From Rhizodiscina lignyota (Eukaryota): DNA of 64,000 nucleotides. The notes beneath the pieces were generated by a model that was not told the DNA's origin, ran no database searches, and saw nothing but the letters and a program-made list of their open reading frames with translations. The DNA lies in NCBI GenBank assembly GCA_010015805.1, contig ML978125.1, positions 1,426,001 through 1,490,000 on the forward strand. The letters run 5' to 3'. The translations under genes were made by a program, and so were the position numbers. Below, in pieces: positions 1 through 12,516 of this stretch. Position 1 is the stretch's first letter; each line of letters opens with the position of its first letter.

Positions 1-1676
1 TGATACTGTGAAGGGTTCCGACTGGCTGGGCGATCAAGATGCCATCCACTACATGACAAGAGAAGCACCGCAATCCGTTATCGAACTCGAGAACTACGGC
101 TGTCCTTTCTCGAGAACAGAGGACGGAAAGATGTGAGGTTTAACAGTACTAGTCATATACATGTCTTACTGACCACAAGAGCAGCTACCAGCGAGCCTTT
201 GGCGGCCAATCTCAGAAGTTCGGCAAAGGTGGACAGGCCTACCGTTGCTGCGCTGCTGCTGATAGAACCGGTCACGCTCTCTTGCACACTTTATACGGTC
301 AATCCCTCCGTCACAACACCAAGTACTTCATCGAGTTCTTCGCAACCGACCTGATAATGGAAGATGGCGTCTGCAAGGGTGTCATCGCGTACAACCAGGA
401 GGACGGTACTCTGCACCGATTCCACGCACACAATACCGTGCTCGCCACTGGAGGATACGGACGAACATATTTCAGCTGCACATCTGCGCATACTTGCACT
501 GGTGATGGTATGGCAATGGTTGCACGTGCGGGCCTTCCGAATCAGGATCTTGAGTTCGTCCAGTTCCATCCCACTGGTATCTACGGTGCCGGATGCCTCA
601 TCACAGAAGGCTCTCGTGGTGAGGGAGGCTACCTCCTGAACAGTGAGGGTGAGCGCTTCATGGAACGTTATGCACCAACTGCCAAGGATCTTGCCTCCCG
701 TGATGTCGTCTCCCGATCGATGACAATGGAGATCCGCGAGGGTCGCGGAGTCGGACCAGACAAGGACCACATCTACCTCCAGCTCAGCCATCTTCCACCA
801 GAAATCCTCCATGAGCGTCTACCTGGTATCTCAGAGACAGCATCCATCTTCTCAGGCGTTGACGTCACGAAACAGCCCATCCCCGTGCTGCCAACCGTGC
901 ACTACAACATGGGTGGCATCCCGACCCGCTACACCGGCGAAGTCCTCACGCAAGACGAAACCGGCAAGGACCAAGTCGTTCCCGGCCTCTTCGCCTGCGG
1001 CGAGGCAGCCTGCGTCTCCGTACACGGTGCAAACCGCCTAGGAGCAAACTCCCTTCTCGATCTGATCGTCTTCGGCCGCGCAGTCTCCCACACCATCCGC
1101 GACAACTTCTCCCCCGGCCAGCCGCACAAAGAACTTGCGCCAGACGCCGGCGCCGAGAGCATCAGCATCATCGACCAGCTCCGCACGGCGGACGGCCCGA
1201 AGAGCACAGCAGATATCAGGATGGCAATGCAGAGGACCATGCAGACGGACGTGAGCGTGTTCCGCACACAGGAATCCTTGGACGAGGGCGTCAAGAAGAT
1301 CCGCGAGGTGGATCAGACATTCGCCGACGTGGGCACTAAGGATAGGAGCATGATTTGGAATAGCGATCTTACTGAGACGCTTGAGTTGAGGAACCTTTTG
1401 ACTTGCGCGTGAGTCCCCCCACCCTGTGATTTCGAACAGGAAACTAAGACGAATAGTGTGCAAACCGCCGAAGCAGCAGCAGTCCGTACGGAGTCCCGCG
1501 GTGCCCATGCACGTGAAGATTTCCCCGAGCGCGACGATGTGAACTGGATGAAGCACACGCTCACGTGGCAGAAGGCGCCGCATGGTAAGGTTGACATTAA
1601 GTACCGTGCGGTAACGGGCCACACACTGGATGAGAATGAGTGCAAAGCGGTTCCGCCGTTCAAGCGGACGTACTAA
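1..1676 (+). CDS. SDH1: Succinate dehydrogenase flavoprotein subunit, 5'-truncated by the window; introns 133-184 and 1409-1456
   Basis: Motifs [38 protein letters not shown] and C-terminal PPFKRTY; GT-AG introns restore the frame. Confidence 0.98.
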
Positions 1677-1982
1677 ATCCTGTTCCTGTTTCGTGGAGGT
1701 GCGAGCTGGTGGGAAAATTGTACGTATATAGTTAGCACGAGACATGGCGTTTTGCAAAGACGCGAAGCAAATGTAAATGACTTTGACTCCAATTTGTCGA
1801 AGGTGTCACAGTGATTGTGGAAACGATGAGTTGTGATTCTCGTGATGCAGTGGCATTTTTCTTGTTATGTCTGGATGCTAACTAACTACATCCATCACAC
1901 CATGCTTCATGCATAGACGCCACCCAATAGCAAAATGCCTGAGAATCTTCGAACTTCGCAAAAGAAAGGTAGAGTGACAAGC

Positions 1983-3303
1983 CTACACAGCAACAGCCAG
2001 ATCCTTCTTGAGCGTACCCATGGACTGCTTCTTCTCTGCCGCGGTCTGGTAGGCACCGTGACCAAACTTGGAGGACGTGTCGATCCACTTGAGCTCGACT
2101 TTCTCCAGCGATCTTCGGCTCGTGTGCGTGAACATCGACTTGCGGAGGGTCATGACTCGCTTCTTGACGCCGGGAACGGAGCCCTTGAGGAGGAGGAAGT
2201 CGTTCTTGACTTCGCCGTAGCGGACGAAACCACCGAGACTACACATTTGTCAGTGGGGGAATATTGGATATTGTGCAACAGGTGAACTTACGGAGTGATG
2301 GTCTTCTTCGTCACATCAAAGTCAGTTGATGCATTGCCCTCGTCGGTGCCCTTGCCAACACGGTAGATCTTGTGGTTGACCGAAGTACGGTGGTGGTAAC
2401 CCATTTGACCAGCACGAGCAACAGTCCACTGGACGTGAGACGGATGCCACGCACCGATACAAGCAACCTTCCTCAGACCCTTGTGCGTCTTGCGCGGCAG
2501 TTTCTTCGTTCCCCACCTAGCAGTGACACCGTTGAACCCGTGACCCTTGGTGACAGCAATGCAGTCAATCATCTCATCCTGCTCGAAGACACTGTCGACC
2601 TCCACAGGCTTCTCGAACAAGCCGTGTGCAAAGTCGACCTTGGCCTCGACGTTGCCGCCGTTCACCTGGATCTCCATGAGGTGCGCCTTCTTCTGCTTCA
2701 GCGGCGTCATGCTGATCTGCGTGTGTGCCAAGACGCGGACAACGGTGCAGTACTTCTTGATCCTCTCAAGCTCGCGCGTGATGCTCTGGCCGCTGTTCTC
2801 GCTGTGCTTCTTGGCGTACTTGGTGAAAGCCTTCTTCTTGCTTTTGTACCAGTTCTTGTAGAAGCGACGCTTGACCTCCTCGCTCAGATGCTCAGCCCAG
2901 ACGGTGGTGAGGGAGCGCAGACCACGGGGAGTCTCGATGTAACCGACGAGGCCGACGACCATCATGGGCGGCGTCTCGATGACGGTGACAGCCTCGACGA
3001 TTTCCTTCTTGTGCAGCTTGGCGCCGGGGCGGTCGAGGTCGCGGACGATGGTGGTCATGCCGGCTTTGTAGCCCATGGTGGCGGTGAGGTGGACGGGTTT
3101 CTTGGGGTCATCTTTGGGGAAGCTGGTAGTTCAATTGTTAGCATTTGGAGTATACTGCAGACATCGAACTTTTTGAGAGTGGTGCGGCGGTTGTGATTTT
3201 TGGTGCTGTACCTCTTAACCTTTCCACGGTGTCTCGAGGCCCTCTTGCGAGGCAAGAATGCCAGCGAGCCGTGACGAGGCGCTTCGAACTTTCGGTGCGA
3301 CAT
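1983..3303 (-). CDS. RPL3: 60S ribosomal protein L3; introns 3123-3211 and 2239-2291
   Basis: [41 protein letters not shown]; splice sites join the three ORFs in frame. Confidence 0.99.
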
Positions 3304-3844
3304 TGCTGCTTGATGTTGTTGTCGTGAAGCACTGTCGAATGTTCAGATTGGTGGTGGAATTTCGCTTGCTGGGCTTGTGGTGGAGCGGAGGCCGGCGAAA
3401 TTATCTTCCGAGAATGCTTGCCGCGCCAGCGTTGCGGTTCATCGAGGGCCCGCAAGCAGTGACATCGTTCCTTCACCAGCACCCGCGACCACCAAACTAC
3501 GAGCTATACCCACCCCTCGACACCAACAACGCGCTGCCACCACCCGCAGCTTCGCGCACCTCCGGTCCTGCTTCACTGCCTTCGACTCTTAGTGAAGCTG
3601 AAGCTGTTATCTTCCAAAACATCTTTCGACGCCCACCTACAAACCTCCCCACCATCGTCCACGAGCTTGACCTGGTCACTTGAAAGGCTGCTTGTGATCC
3701 GATCAAACGCGCCTCCCAGATTGCAGAAAGAAGCAGGCCGCTCCTTTGGCAACATCTTAAGCTTCACAAAGAGCTCGTACCTTTATATTGCCCGCTGCAG
3801 CCGCACTGTCGCCGGCTGAGGTTGTGGGCGCACGCTGAGGAACC

Positions 3845-5726
3845 ATGGTGGAAGCCGAGGGCAATCCCACCACCTGGAAGTTTACGCAGTACGTTCAAGC
3901 TCTTACAATATTTTTCAGCTCAGAGTAGCCCACTCGGACGACATTCATGCGTCGTCAGCGTTCGCATTGATGAGTGGCTCACCCAACACTGACGGAGAAG
4001 ACACCCTTTATATGTGTATCATGCTAATTTGTGGCACACAGGTGCTTTGGTGACAAGGGAGATGTAGAAGACATAACAGAAGGTACAGTCATACTCTTGA
4101 GCTCTATCGCGCTTGTGTTTTGCTCACTTGAGTTACGCTAATACGAAGATTAACCAAGCGGACATTATTTCAACTGTCGAATTTGACCAAACAGGTAATT
4201 ACCTTGCAACCGGAGACAAAGGCGGCAGAGTAGTCTTATTCGAGAGGAACGAGACGGTATGCTTCTTCCTGCTTCTTCCTGCGACTTCCTGCGACTTCCT
4301 GAGGATCCTGCCAAGCAACAGCCTTCTGACTGCGTACAGAAAAAAACATGTGAATACAAATTCCACACCGAGTTCCAGTCACACGAGCCAGAGTTCGACT
4401 ACCTCAAATCCCTAGAAATAGAAGAGAAGATCAACAAGATCAAGTGGTGCCCGCGACAAAATACTTCACATTACCTGCTCTCCACAAACGACAAGACCAT
4501 CAAGCTATGGAAGGTTTTCGAGAAGTCGTTGAAGGTAGTGGCGGAGAACAATCTGTCTCACGAACTAACTCCAGGGGGTGGCGTGGCCGGTGGTGGAGGG
4601 CCAGTCCGAAACCCAAACGCCCATTTCCGATCTGCTGCAGACCTTAAGCTCCCTCGATTGACACATCATGACACCGTCGTCGCCGCCGTGCCTCGCAAGA
4701 CTTATGCCAATGCTCACGCGTACCACATCAACAGCATCTCCGTGAACAGCGATGGCGAGACGTTCATCAGCAGTGACGACCTTCGGATAAACCTTTGGAA
4801 CCTCAACATTCAAGACCAGAGCTTCAACATTGTCGATATCAAGCCGGCGAACATGGAGGAGCTGACTGAAGTCATAACAGCTGCCGAGTTCCACCCATTG
4901 AGCTGCAACTGGTTCATGTATGCGAGCTCAAAGGGCACGATCAAGCTAGCGGATATGCGTGAGAGTGCACTCTGTGACCAGCATGCAAAACGTAAGAAGT
5001 CTCGCTCTTCTCAATATGAGTGTATGAGTGTACTAAACCCCTGAAGAGTTTGAACAGGAAGAGGACCCCGCCTCCCGATCCTTCTTCTCCGAAATCATCT
5101 CCTCCATCTCAGACGTTCGATTTTCGCACGACGGCAGATACATCCTCTCGCGAGACTACCTCACTGTCAAGATTTGGGACGTGAACATGGAGCGCACGCC
5201 CATCAAGACCATTCCCATCCACGAGCACCTCCGACCTAGACTATGCGACACATATGAGAACGACAGCATCTTTGACAAGTTTGAGGTCGTCTTCTCCGGC
5301 GACGCGAAGAACGTCATGACAGGCAGCTATAATAATAACTTCATGATCTACCCATCAGACCCTGACAAGGACACCGAGGTCGTGTTGCAAGCAGACAAAT
5401 CGGCGTTCAAGGCAAAGAAGGTTGGCATCCCCACGCCGATGAACTCAACCAGTCCCACCAACTCTACAAACAAGAAACCAGGAAGCAGAGCAAACAGTCC
5501 AGCTGCTGGCGCTGTTGGTCCAGGACAGAGGATGAGGAAGGAGACAGATGCAGATCAGATCGACTTCAACAAGAAGATCCTGCATATGAGTTGGCACCCG
5601 TTCGAGGACAGCATTGCCATCGCGGCAACGAACAATGTGGGCATTTTCTCTCGCCTACCTGGACCTCCGCCCTTTGATGTCTAGAGACTGACTACTTCAC
5701 AGCTCTTCGTGTTCTCGGCGTTGTAG
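3845..5726 (+). CDS. CDC55: PP2A regulatory B (B55/PR55) subunit, WD40; about 5 introns (3889-4041, 4083-4158, 4256-4339, 4992-5047, 5637-5702)
   Basis: [64 protein letters not shown]. Confidence 0.96.
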
Positions 5727-6228
5727 GCTTTTCTACCTTGAGCATGGCTGGGCAGAAGAATAATTCGTATGGCGTTGACCTTTGACCTCTGCAATTGCAT
5801 TTAACGACGCATGCACTCTCTGCGTGCGCTTGGTCGCTGGTATCTGGTGATGGCGTGATGCTCAAAGATGATGGTGGGGGCGAGCCTGAACTAGAAGGTT
5901 GTGATTGGGGTTGCTGTTGCTGGTGCTGCTTTTAGGAGGAAAAACGGGAGCTGAATGCAGGGCAACGAAGGCGAGGCAAAGAAATGTACTGTAGCAAGAG
6001 TGGAAGGCGACAGCATAGCGTTTCTGGTAGTCGAAATGAGAAACCCAAAAAAGAATGCGATGCAAATCCACATACTCTCCTCCGAATAGGGAAAGCAGGG
6101 TTGAATTATTGTGCAAAATGAATTGAATATTGGCGCTCTAAGTTGAACATCACGATATTCCTAGAGGTTCTCACCATATACGAAGCTATAGCAGTCCGAA
6201 TCCCGGGATATCAAAAACCTAACTAGCT

Positions 6229-9200
6229 TCAATTCGCGAAAACGTCCGTAACATCAGTCCATTTGCCTGTCGCTCTCTCTTCCCAATATCCCTCCTTGCC
6301 TGTCCTCAGTCTCCAGATCTCCTCGCCACCATCCTCCCCATTCACCGTGCCAACTTTGGTGAACCACCGCGGCGTCCACTGCTCTCCATGTTCCTCCATG
6401 ACTCGTCTCCTGCCCCTCTGCCTTTCCTCAAGCCTGGCTTTCAGGGCTTCTGCCCGATCCAAATCACCATCCTCAGCAGCCCGCTGATCAGGTCGCAAGC
6501 GGCTGTCTGTGGCCGGCAAGTGCCCGTCCTCCACGGCGGTGATTTCGTTAAGCGTCGCAGCGAAGTGCGTGAAGCCATATCGCGACGGCGCGTTGTCGAC
6601 AAGCGGTCCGGCAGCCCAGAGCGTCTTGCCCGTGTCCGAACCATGAGAGGTGTAGTTCAGATGAGACGTCCACTTTCCAACCAAGCCCAGTGCTTCCGCC
6701 CCACCGTGAGCATCAAGCGCCTGGACCGTAACATCCTCACTCCTACCCGCGAACATCCCGCCTGCCTTGAACGCGCACACCGCCTTCGCACCGGTGGACT
6801 CATTGACCACAGTCATAGTCTGCACCGGCTCAACATACTTCTCCCCGGCAATAATGTTCCTCAGAAAACTCGTCGCGAGGGTCCAGCTGTACACCTCCCC
6901 CTTATCCTTCTCCCCGCCCACGGTATGCAAGAAGACCCTCGCGCGCCCATCCGTATTGAGCTCGATACTCTTGCCCCAGAACTTCTGCACAGGCATCGGG
7001 CTCTGCAGGAACGTCCACCGCTCGCTCTCCGCCTGACACGCCATCCGCACGGGCCGGTGGCTCACTTTCTCGCTGATGAGGCGGAAGCCCTTGTCCTCGC
7101 GGACTAGTTCAAAAGTCTCCCCGAGCATGGGATTGAACGGCTTGCGGATCGCGCGCTCTTTGACGCGGCTGTTGCTGAAGCCGGCGACTGCGAAGGCGGC
7201 GATGTGTAAGAGGCGCTTGGATGTGTCGACGCTGTCGCATGCGGCGTCTAAGAGCTCGCTGTACTCGAGCTGTTCTGCGACGCGCTGCAGCAGGGACGTC
7301 GGCTCGTTCGCGGAGACGGGCATGGCGATAGTAGATAGATCCTTGCCCACGTTCTTGCGCAGGAAGCCGATCAAACTGGGCGGTTGGACCTTTGCAGGCG
7401 GCACAAGTTTGCGCCTTTTTACGGCGCGGTCGATAGGCAGCGGCGTAAGACTCTTCGGCTTCACGGGAAACATGCCCGCGTCAGCATCCGCGCGGCCCTT
7501 GCGCTCGAAGCTCCCCGGCGCGGAGTACTCGCTACTGCTCATGGACAGCGCGTCGCTCGCATCTTCGGCGTGCGACGGCTCATCGCTGTTATCTTCACTG
7601 ACACTGTCGCGGCGGATTGTGAGTAGCTGGCTGCGCACCGTATCGCCGTCCGTGGCGTCGAACCACTCGTCCGAGGAGGAGAGCGAGTCGGTGCTTTGGC
7701 GGGAGGCGCTATGGTGCAGAGCCGCAGGGGGCTGGCGACGCTGGCGAGATTCCGCGACGAGGGCGGAGAACTCTGAGACGACGACGTCGAGGTCTTTCAG
7801 AATGGCCATGCAGTGCTCGTGGATGCTGTCGTCGTGCTCGGCGTGCTCGTGGACGAGTTGGTGTTGGCGCTGCTTGGGGACGGTGACTTGGCCATTTGGT
7901 AGAGGGGAGGGGACGCTCATTGGAGAGGGGACGGCGAGTTGGGCGGAAACGCTGCGGCGGAAGATGCCTGAGGAGGTTATTCCCCCTGAGGGGCTTGCTT
8001 CTTTGCCTGCTTCTTTGCTTGCTCTGCGCTTCCAGAACGGGATCCGTTGGTCCCTTGAACTGCCTCTTTCGCTTCCTTCGCCGAAGTAGTCTGACGACTC
8101 TTCTTGGACGCTTGGAGATGGGCTGTTGGCCGTTCTGTTGATTCCAAGACCGCTCAGAGATGGTAAGTACTTGGGATCCGTGTCCTTTGCGAGCCGCCTG
8201 ACGGCATCGCGCACTCCGGATACCGACCCAACTAGATTCTCTACTCTTGCCCACTCACTCTCTTCTGCTGGATTAACTTCATGCGGAGTATCCCAGGTTT
8301 GGTTTGGCTTGGCTACTCCAGGCGTTGGCGGCGGACCGCCTGATTTTGACGCTCGTTCCAAAGCTTGTTTCCATGCTTCGAAATCCTTTTGGTTGCCCGC
8401 ACGTAAGTGCCAAACTTCCGCTCCCGAATCTACAGATATCTCCCTTCTGTTATCATCTGTGCCAATCGCAGCCAATGACAGCGGTACTGAGCCTCTTAAA
8501 GCGGAGGAATGCCGATTTTGGTAGTAGGATAGGGTAGAGGATGTGAAATCAAGCGAGAAGAATCTGCGTGCGTAACCTTGATTCCGCTTTCTCCTCTTCT
8601 TGTGCAGAATGCCCGTATATATCATGGAGTCTGCTGTGCTCTTCCCGCCGCTCTGTCCGGATCGAGGACGGCTCTCCGGATCTAGTTTTGGCCGTTGCAT
8701 CGATTGAGGGAGTGAGTCGGTCGAATCACCACCAGTCGCATTGAGGGATGGACTACCTCTTGATCCTGTACTCGACAGAGACTGCGATGGTAGCAGGTTG
8801 TTTCCTGACTTTGGAGGAAACCCAGTAGGATATGTCATTAGGACGAACGTCGCCGTCTTAGACACCTGCTTCGAGAATGTATTATCGAAGACTAGCCCGT
8901 ACATTCCGCCCTCGCCATCCACTACATCATATTTGCCCATAGATGCTTTATCCGCTTCGCATCGTCCGTACCAAGACACCGGCTTTAGCCCAATGCTCTT
9001 CAGCTTATCCACCACCGCCGAATTATCGGTTCTATTCGATTTGCTTCGCGACTGCATAGCGCCATCCAGTCCGACGAGTTCAGAAGTCGACGGGTTGACA
9101 TCTTCGAGGACGGACTGCGTGGGAATCGTCGTAGCGACACCTCCGCCTGGGTGCTTGAAGATGCCAAAGTTGAGCGACTTCTTGTGGGGTTGAATGCTCC

Positions 9201-9337
9201 ATGAGATAGTGTTGCCGGCCGAAACGTGTATCCATCGGACTAGATAGGACTGTGAATATCATCAGCATGGCGTTTCATCATCTCCCCGTGTATGCGCGGA
9301 CCTTGCTATGAATTTCCACCTGTTCCATGCCAGCCAT
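6229..9337 (-). CDS. OSH3: Oxysterol-binding protein homolog with GOLD, PH and ORD domains; intron 9250-9301
   Basis: Start MAGMEQVEIHSK|SYLVRW; GOLD-like GLVFDNTFSKQVSK; PH GILHKKRRKRNQGYARRFF; ORD RKPFNPMLGET and EKVSHRP. Confidence 0.92.
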
Positions 9338-10359
9338 GGTTGCGACTCTTTGCGGGGTTTGTCCCCGTCCTCATGAGCAATGCGTGAAAGCGAAACTCTT
9401 CAGATTCCGGCGCAGTAATACAGACGATGATAAAGCAGGCAACACGAACATGGGGCTGAGGTCGTTCAAGGCGGACGCGTTTGTTTAAGAGCTTCGTTTC
9501 CGGAGGCTGGAGGGGACGCTAGGATCTGGTAGCTGGTCGGATGGCGGACAAACAACGTCACTCCCAGAAATTATTACATGCAACGTTCAGATGACAGCCC
9601 AGAATTCTGGGGGCAGCCGAGGCGTTCACGATGTTTTACAAAAGGGTCTGCCTAGTTGGATGGCCGGTCCTTGGTGCTTATACATCCACAGCCTCCCTGG
9701 TGGACCATGAACGCGTCCACTTGATGCGTGGCATGTGTTCTCCCTTTCAGCCCTACGGCTCGCGCATTTACCCATGAGTCGGATGCTCTGCTGATATAAT
9801 GGCATTTCCAAACGAGGAAAATAGCTATGAGGGATTTGTTTCTATCAGATAATGCTCACAACGCATGTCCGTTTTCTTTGTGGATATCGCGAATTAATTG
9901 AAACTTTCCCAGTCTTCTTGTCGTCTCATAGCCTCATCGTCTCATCGTATCTACAGGCGAGAAATTCCTGCAGCGAATAATCTCGCATTCGGCTCATGCC
10001 TTTCCCCCTTGGGGCCGCGAAACCAGGCGCCAATAATCCATTGGAGCGGGAGCAAGCGGTTCCACGTTTGCCTCCCATTCGCCAAGTAGCTGCCATCGCG
10101 GATCGACCGGACAAAGCTTGAAGCTCTGGCTCTTCCCTTTCCCCTTCTAGCACGTGAAGTCCGGGTTGATGCATGCCGCTATTCAAGGTCCCTCGAAGGC
10201 CGCAAAATGGTATTGACGATTATAATTTACTAAAGGATAACTGAGCCAGTTGAAGTGGAGAGGGGTGAGATAACTTGGCCAAGCCTTTCCGTCCGAACTT
10301 TATCAGTAGCCTGCTGGTTATATAGACAGCCTAGCTCTTTCAGTTCTCTTGGTTTTCAC

Positions 10360-10472
10360 GGCAAGATGTCCGAGCGGTCTAAGGAGCCAGACTCAAGCTT
10401 ATTGAGCTTCGCCATCCAATGGCGCGTCTTCTGGTCTCGAAAGAGGCGTGGGTTCGAATCCCACTCTTGTCA
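10360..10472 (+). tRNA. tRNA-Leu(CAA) with an intron at about 10398-10428
   Basis: Acceptor stem GGCAAGA/TCTTGTC+A, D-loop CCGAGCGGTCTAAGG, anticodon arm CCAGA-CT-CAA-G..T-TCTGG, long variable arm, T-loop GGTTCGAATCC, downstream T-tracts. Confidence 0.95.
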
Positions 10473-11196
10473 GTATTTCTTTTTTGGACTTTTTTGCATA
10501 TGCCAATGGACTGCGACGTTCAACGGGCTTCTTTTTTTATGCCGGGAGGGCCCTTTGCGGTGCCAGCGGAGGATAATGCGAAAATACGGCAGCCTATTAC
10601 TCCACTTCCGACGTTGAGCATTCGAGACCTCACCAGGTCACTCAACTATTATTACCACCCATTAGCTTCGCTACAAGCCAATACATGACCATGACTTTTA
10701 CTCTATCAGTCCTTTAGATTGCCGTCAACTTTCCCCAAGAATGCATTCACCCCTTCATGGACTCAAGTCGGCAGCCTGGAGCCTTCTCCAATGTTCTCTA
10801 CACGATGCAATGCTTTTTCCCTTTCTTCTGTCATATTCGATATTGATAATGCATCGAATGAGTCTGCGACACAGGGCACAGTCCTGACTCTATTGTTTGA
10901 GACAATGGCGCTGTCCGCATGGCTTGAGATGCGCATTTGCGCTGATCCACATACGGGTCAAGATATTGCAAACATTTTCCGTGTTCCATTGTTATCGTAT
11001 GTGTCTTAGATCCAAGACTGTTTCCACCGATCGATACTCTGAAAGCCGAAGCAATCGACACTGCGTCAAATACACATGGTGTCTTTGATGGTATTTACGC
11101 GTCATGCAGCTGCGCTGTGGTTTCCTTGACCGAGACAATCACGACAAAGGCTCATGTGGAGACCTGTGAACCACAGTGTGATCGATCAGGTTATAT

Positions 11197-12516
11197 ATGA
11201 AAGGACGTCCTCATAGCGTGTCCTCAGACTATCGTTTTGTCAACCGGCGTGGTGCTTCAACAGATATCATTATCAGCATGGCCAATCCATCGCTTGGCAT
11301 ACGCTCGGAAGAATGCCTGGAGATCATCGCAACAGAAAACTGCAAAGGAGAGAAGGTTAACAAGCTGAATAGGTTTGAAAGCAGGGCCAGACCCAATGCC
11401 AGGCTTATTTCTGCATTTGGAATCAACAACAGCTTCACGACCACCGACCAATCCCGGGCCAGCAGTTTTCGCGGGCAAATAGCAGGCATCGTCACAATCC
11501 CCTTTCAAACGACTGAGAAAGGGGAGAAGCTAGTGCTCGGATGGATCGACCTCGTCGAGAAAGCCCGCGGAGTGATCCAGCGCGAATTGAACGGCGCTAA
11601 GCAGAGTCACTCTCTTGTGGACGTTCTTCAGATGACAACAATGAAGATGTCACTACAAGTATTGTTTGGTATTGATGCGGAGGATCTTGACCGTGATCGA
11701 GATATTCGTGCGCTTGCATCTTGGGTAAACGAGCAGTGGATTCGCTCTAAATATTTCGAAGATGGAAGCATCGAAGATCCCTGGCATTTCAGCAACCAAC
11801 ACGATATTCACGACCTATTGCGACATATTTCTCCAGTTTTGCTGTCCGACTTAGGAGACAATCCCGATAATCCTCTCAACCGCATCCTGCCAGGCTACGA
11901 GACTCTCTGGCGCATCGTTTTGCGATGCTTGGTAGAAGTGGCATCGAACAGACACTCCATCGAGGACCGAAGGCTTTGGCAGACGATACTTCAACGGTTC
12001 GCAGAGAATCCTTCGATTGTACCACTTGACAAGAAGGACCAAGGTATCTCGGCTGGAATCATTGCATCAGAGGCTCTGCGTTTGTATCCTCCATATCGAC
12101 ATATCTATCGCACGTACGAGGTTGGTACGCAGCAGTTCGAACGCATCGCTGGTGTAGAAGAATGTCATCGCAGCGATCCCCGATGGGGTCCTGACCCGAC
12201 AAAATTTCTGCCGTCTCGATGGGCAAGCCTTCCTGACTTGACGGAAACCCAGGCGATGAACGACTATTTCCTGGCTTTTGGAGCTGCTCCGTTCCAGTGT
12301 CCGGCAGCGACCCGCATCCCCAACACGGACAAGTCCAGCCTGGACAAGACATATCTGCCTTTCAGCATCTCGATGATTGCGTTGCTTGTTGGCTTGTTCA
12401 CGAAGGAAATGAGCAACAAATGGAAGTTGACAGGTTCCGCAGAGCTTGAATCCGCAAGTGAGCCTCTGACAGCCAGCAGGAGGGACTACAAGGATCTCAT
12501 TTTTGAGAAAATCTAA
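11197..12516 (+). CDS. Divergent cytochrome P450-like protein; start codon uncertain
   Basis: ExxR (EALRLYPP), PERF-like FLPSRW, heme loop FGAAPFQCPA, I-helix variant PGYETLWR. Confidence 0.75.
   Translation: MKGRPHSVSSDYRFVNRRGASTDIIISMANPSLGIRSEECLEIIATENCKGEKVNKLNRFESRARPNARLISAFGINNSFTTTDQSRASSFRGQIAGIVTIPFQTTEKGEKLVLGWIDLVEKARGVIQRELNGAKQSHSLVDVLQMTTMKMSLQVLFGIDAEDLDRDRDIRALASWVNEQWIRSKYFEDGSIEDPWHFSNQHDIHDLLRHISPVLLSDLGDNPDNPLNRILPGYETLWRIVLRCLVEVASNRHSIEDRRLWQTILQRFAENPSIVPLDKKDQGISAGIIASEALRLYPPYRHIYRTYEVGTQQFERIAGVEECHRSDPRWGPDPTKFLPSRWASLPDLTETQAMNDYFLAFGAAPFQCPAATRIPNTDKSSLDKTYLPFSISMIALLVGLFTKEMSNKWKLTGSAELESASEPLTASRRDYKDLIFEKI

Noticed and set aside
2440..2460. RPL3 as a trichothecene self-resistance allele
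   Set aside because: The conserved Trp in GAWHP is intact and the neighbours are housekeeping genes
3965..3995. TGATGA...CTGA in CDC55 intron 1 as a box C/D snoRNA
   Set aside because: The boxes are only about 15 nt apart, too short, and there is no terminal stem
7076..8089. Long antisense ORFs (337 aa here; also 2372-3196, 21107-21886, 52820-53512, 55103-55717)
   Set aside because: Shadows of codon-biased or repetitive real genes on the opposite strand, with no independent motifs
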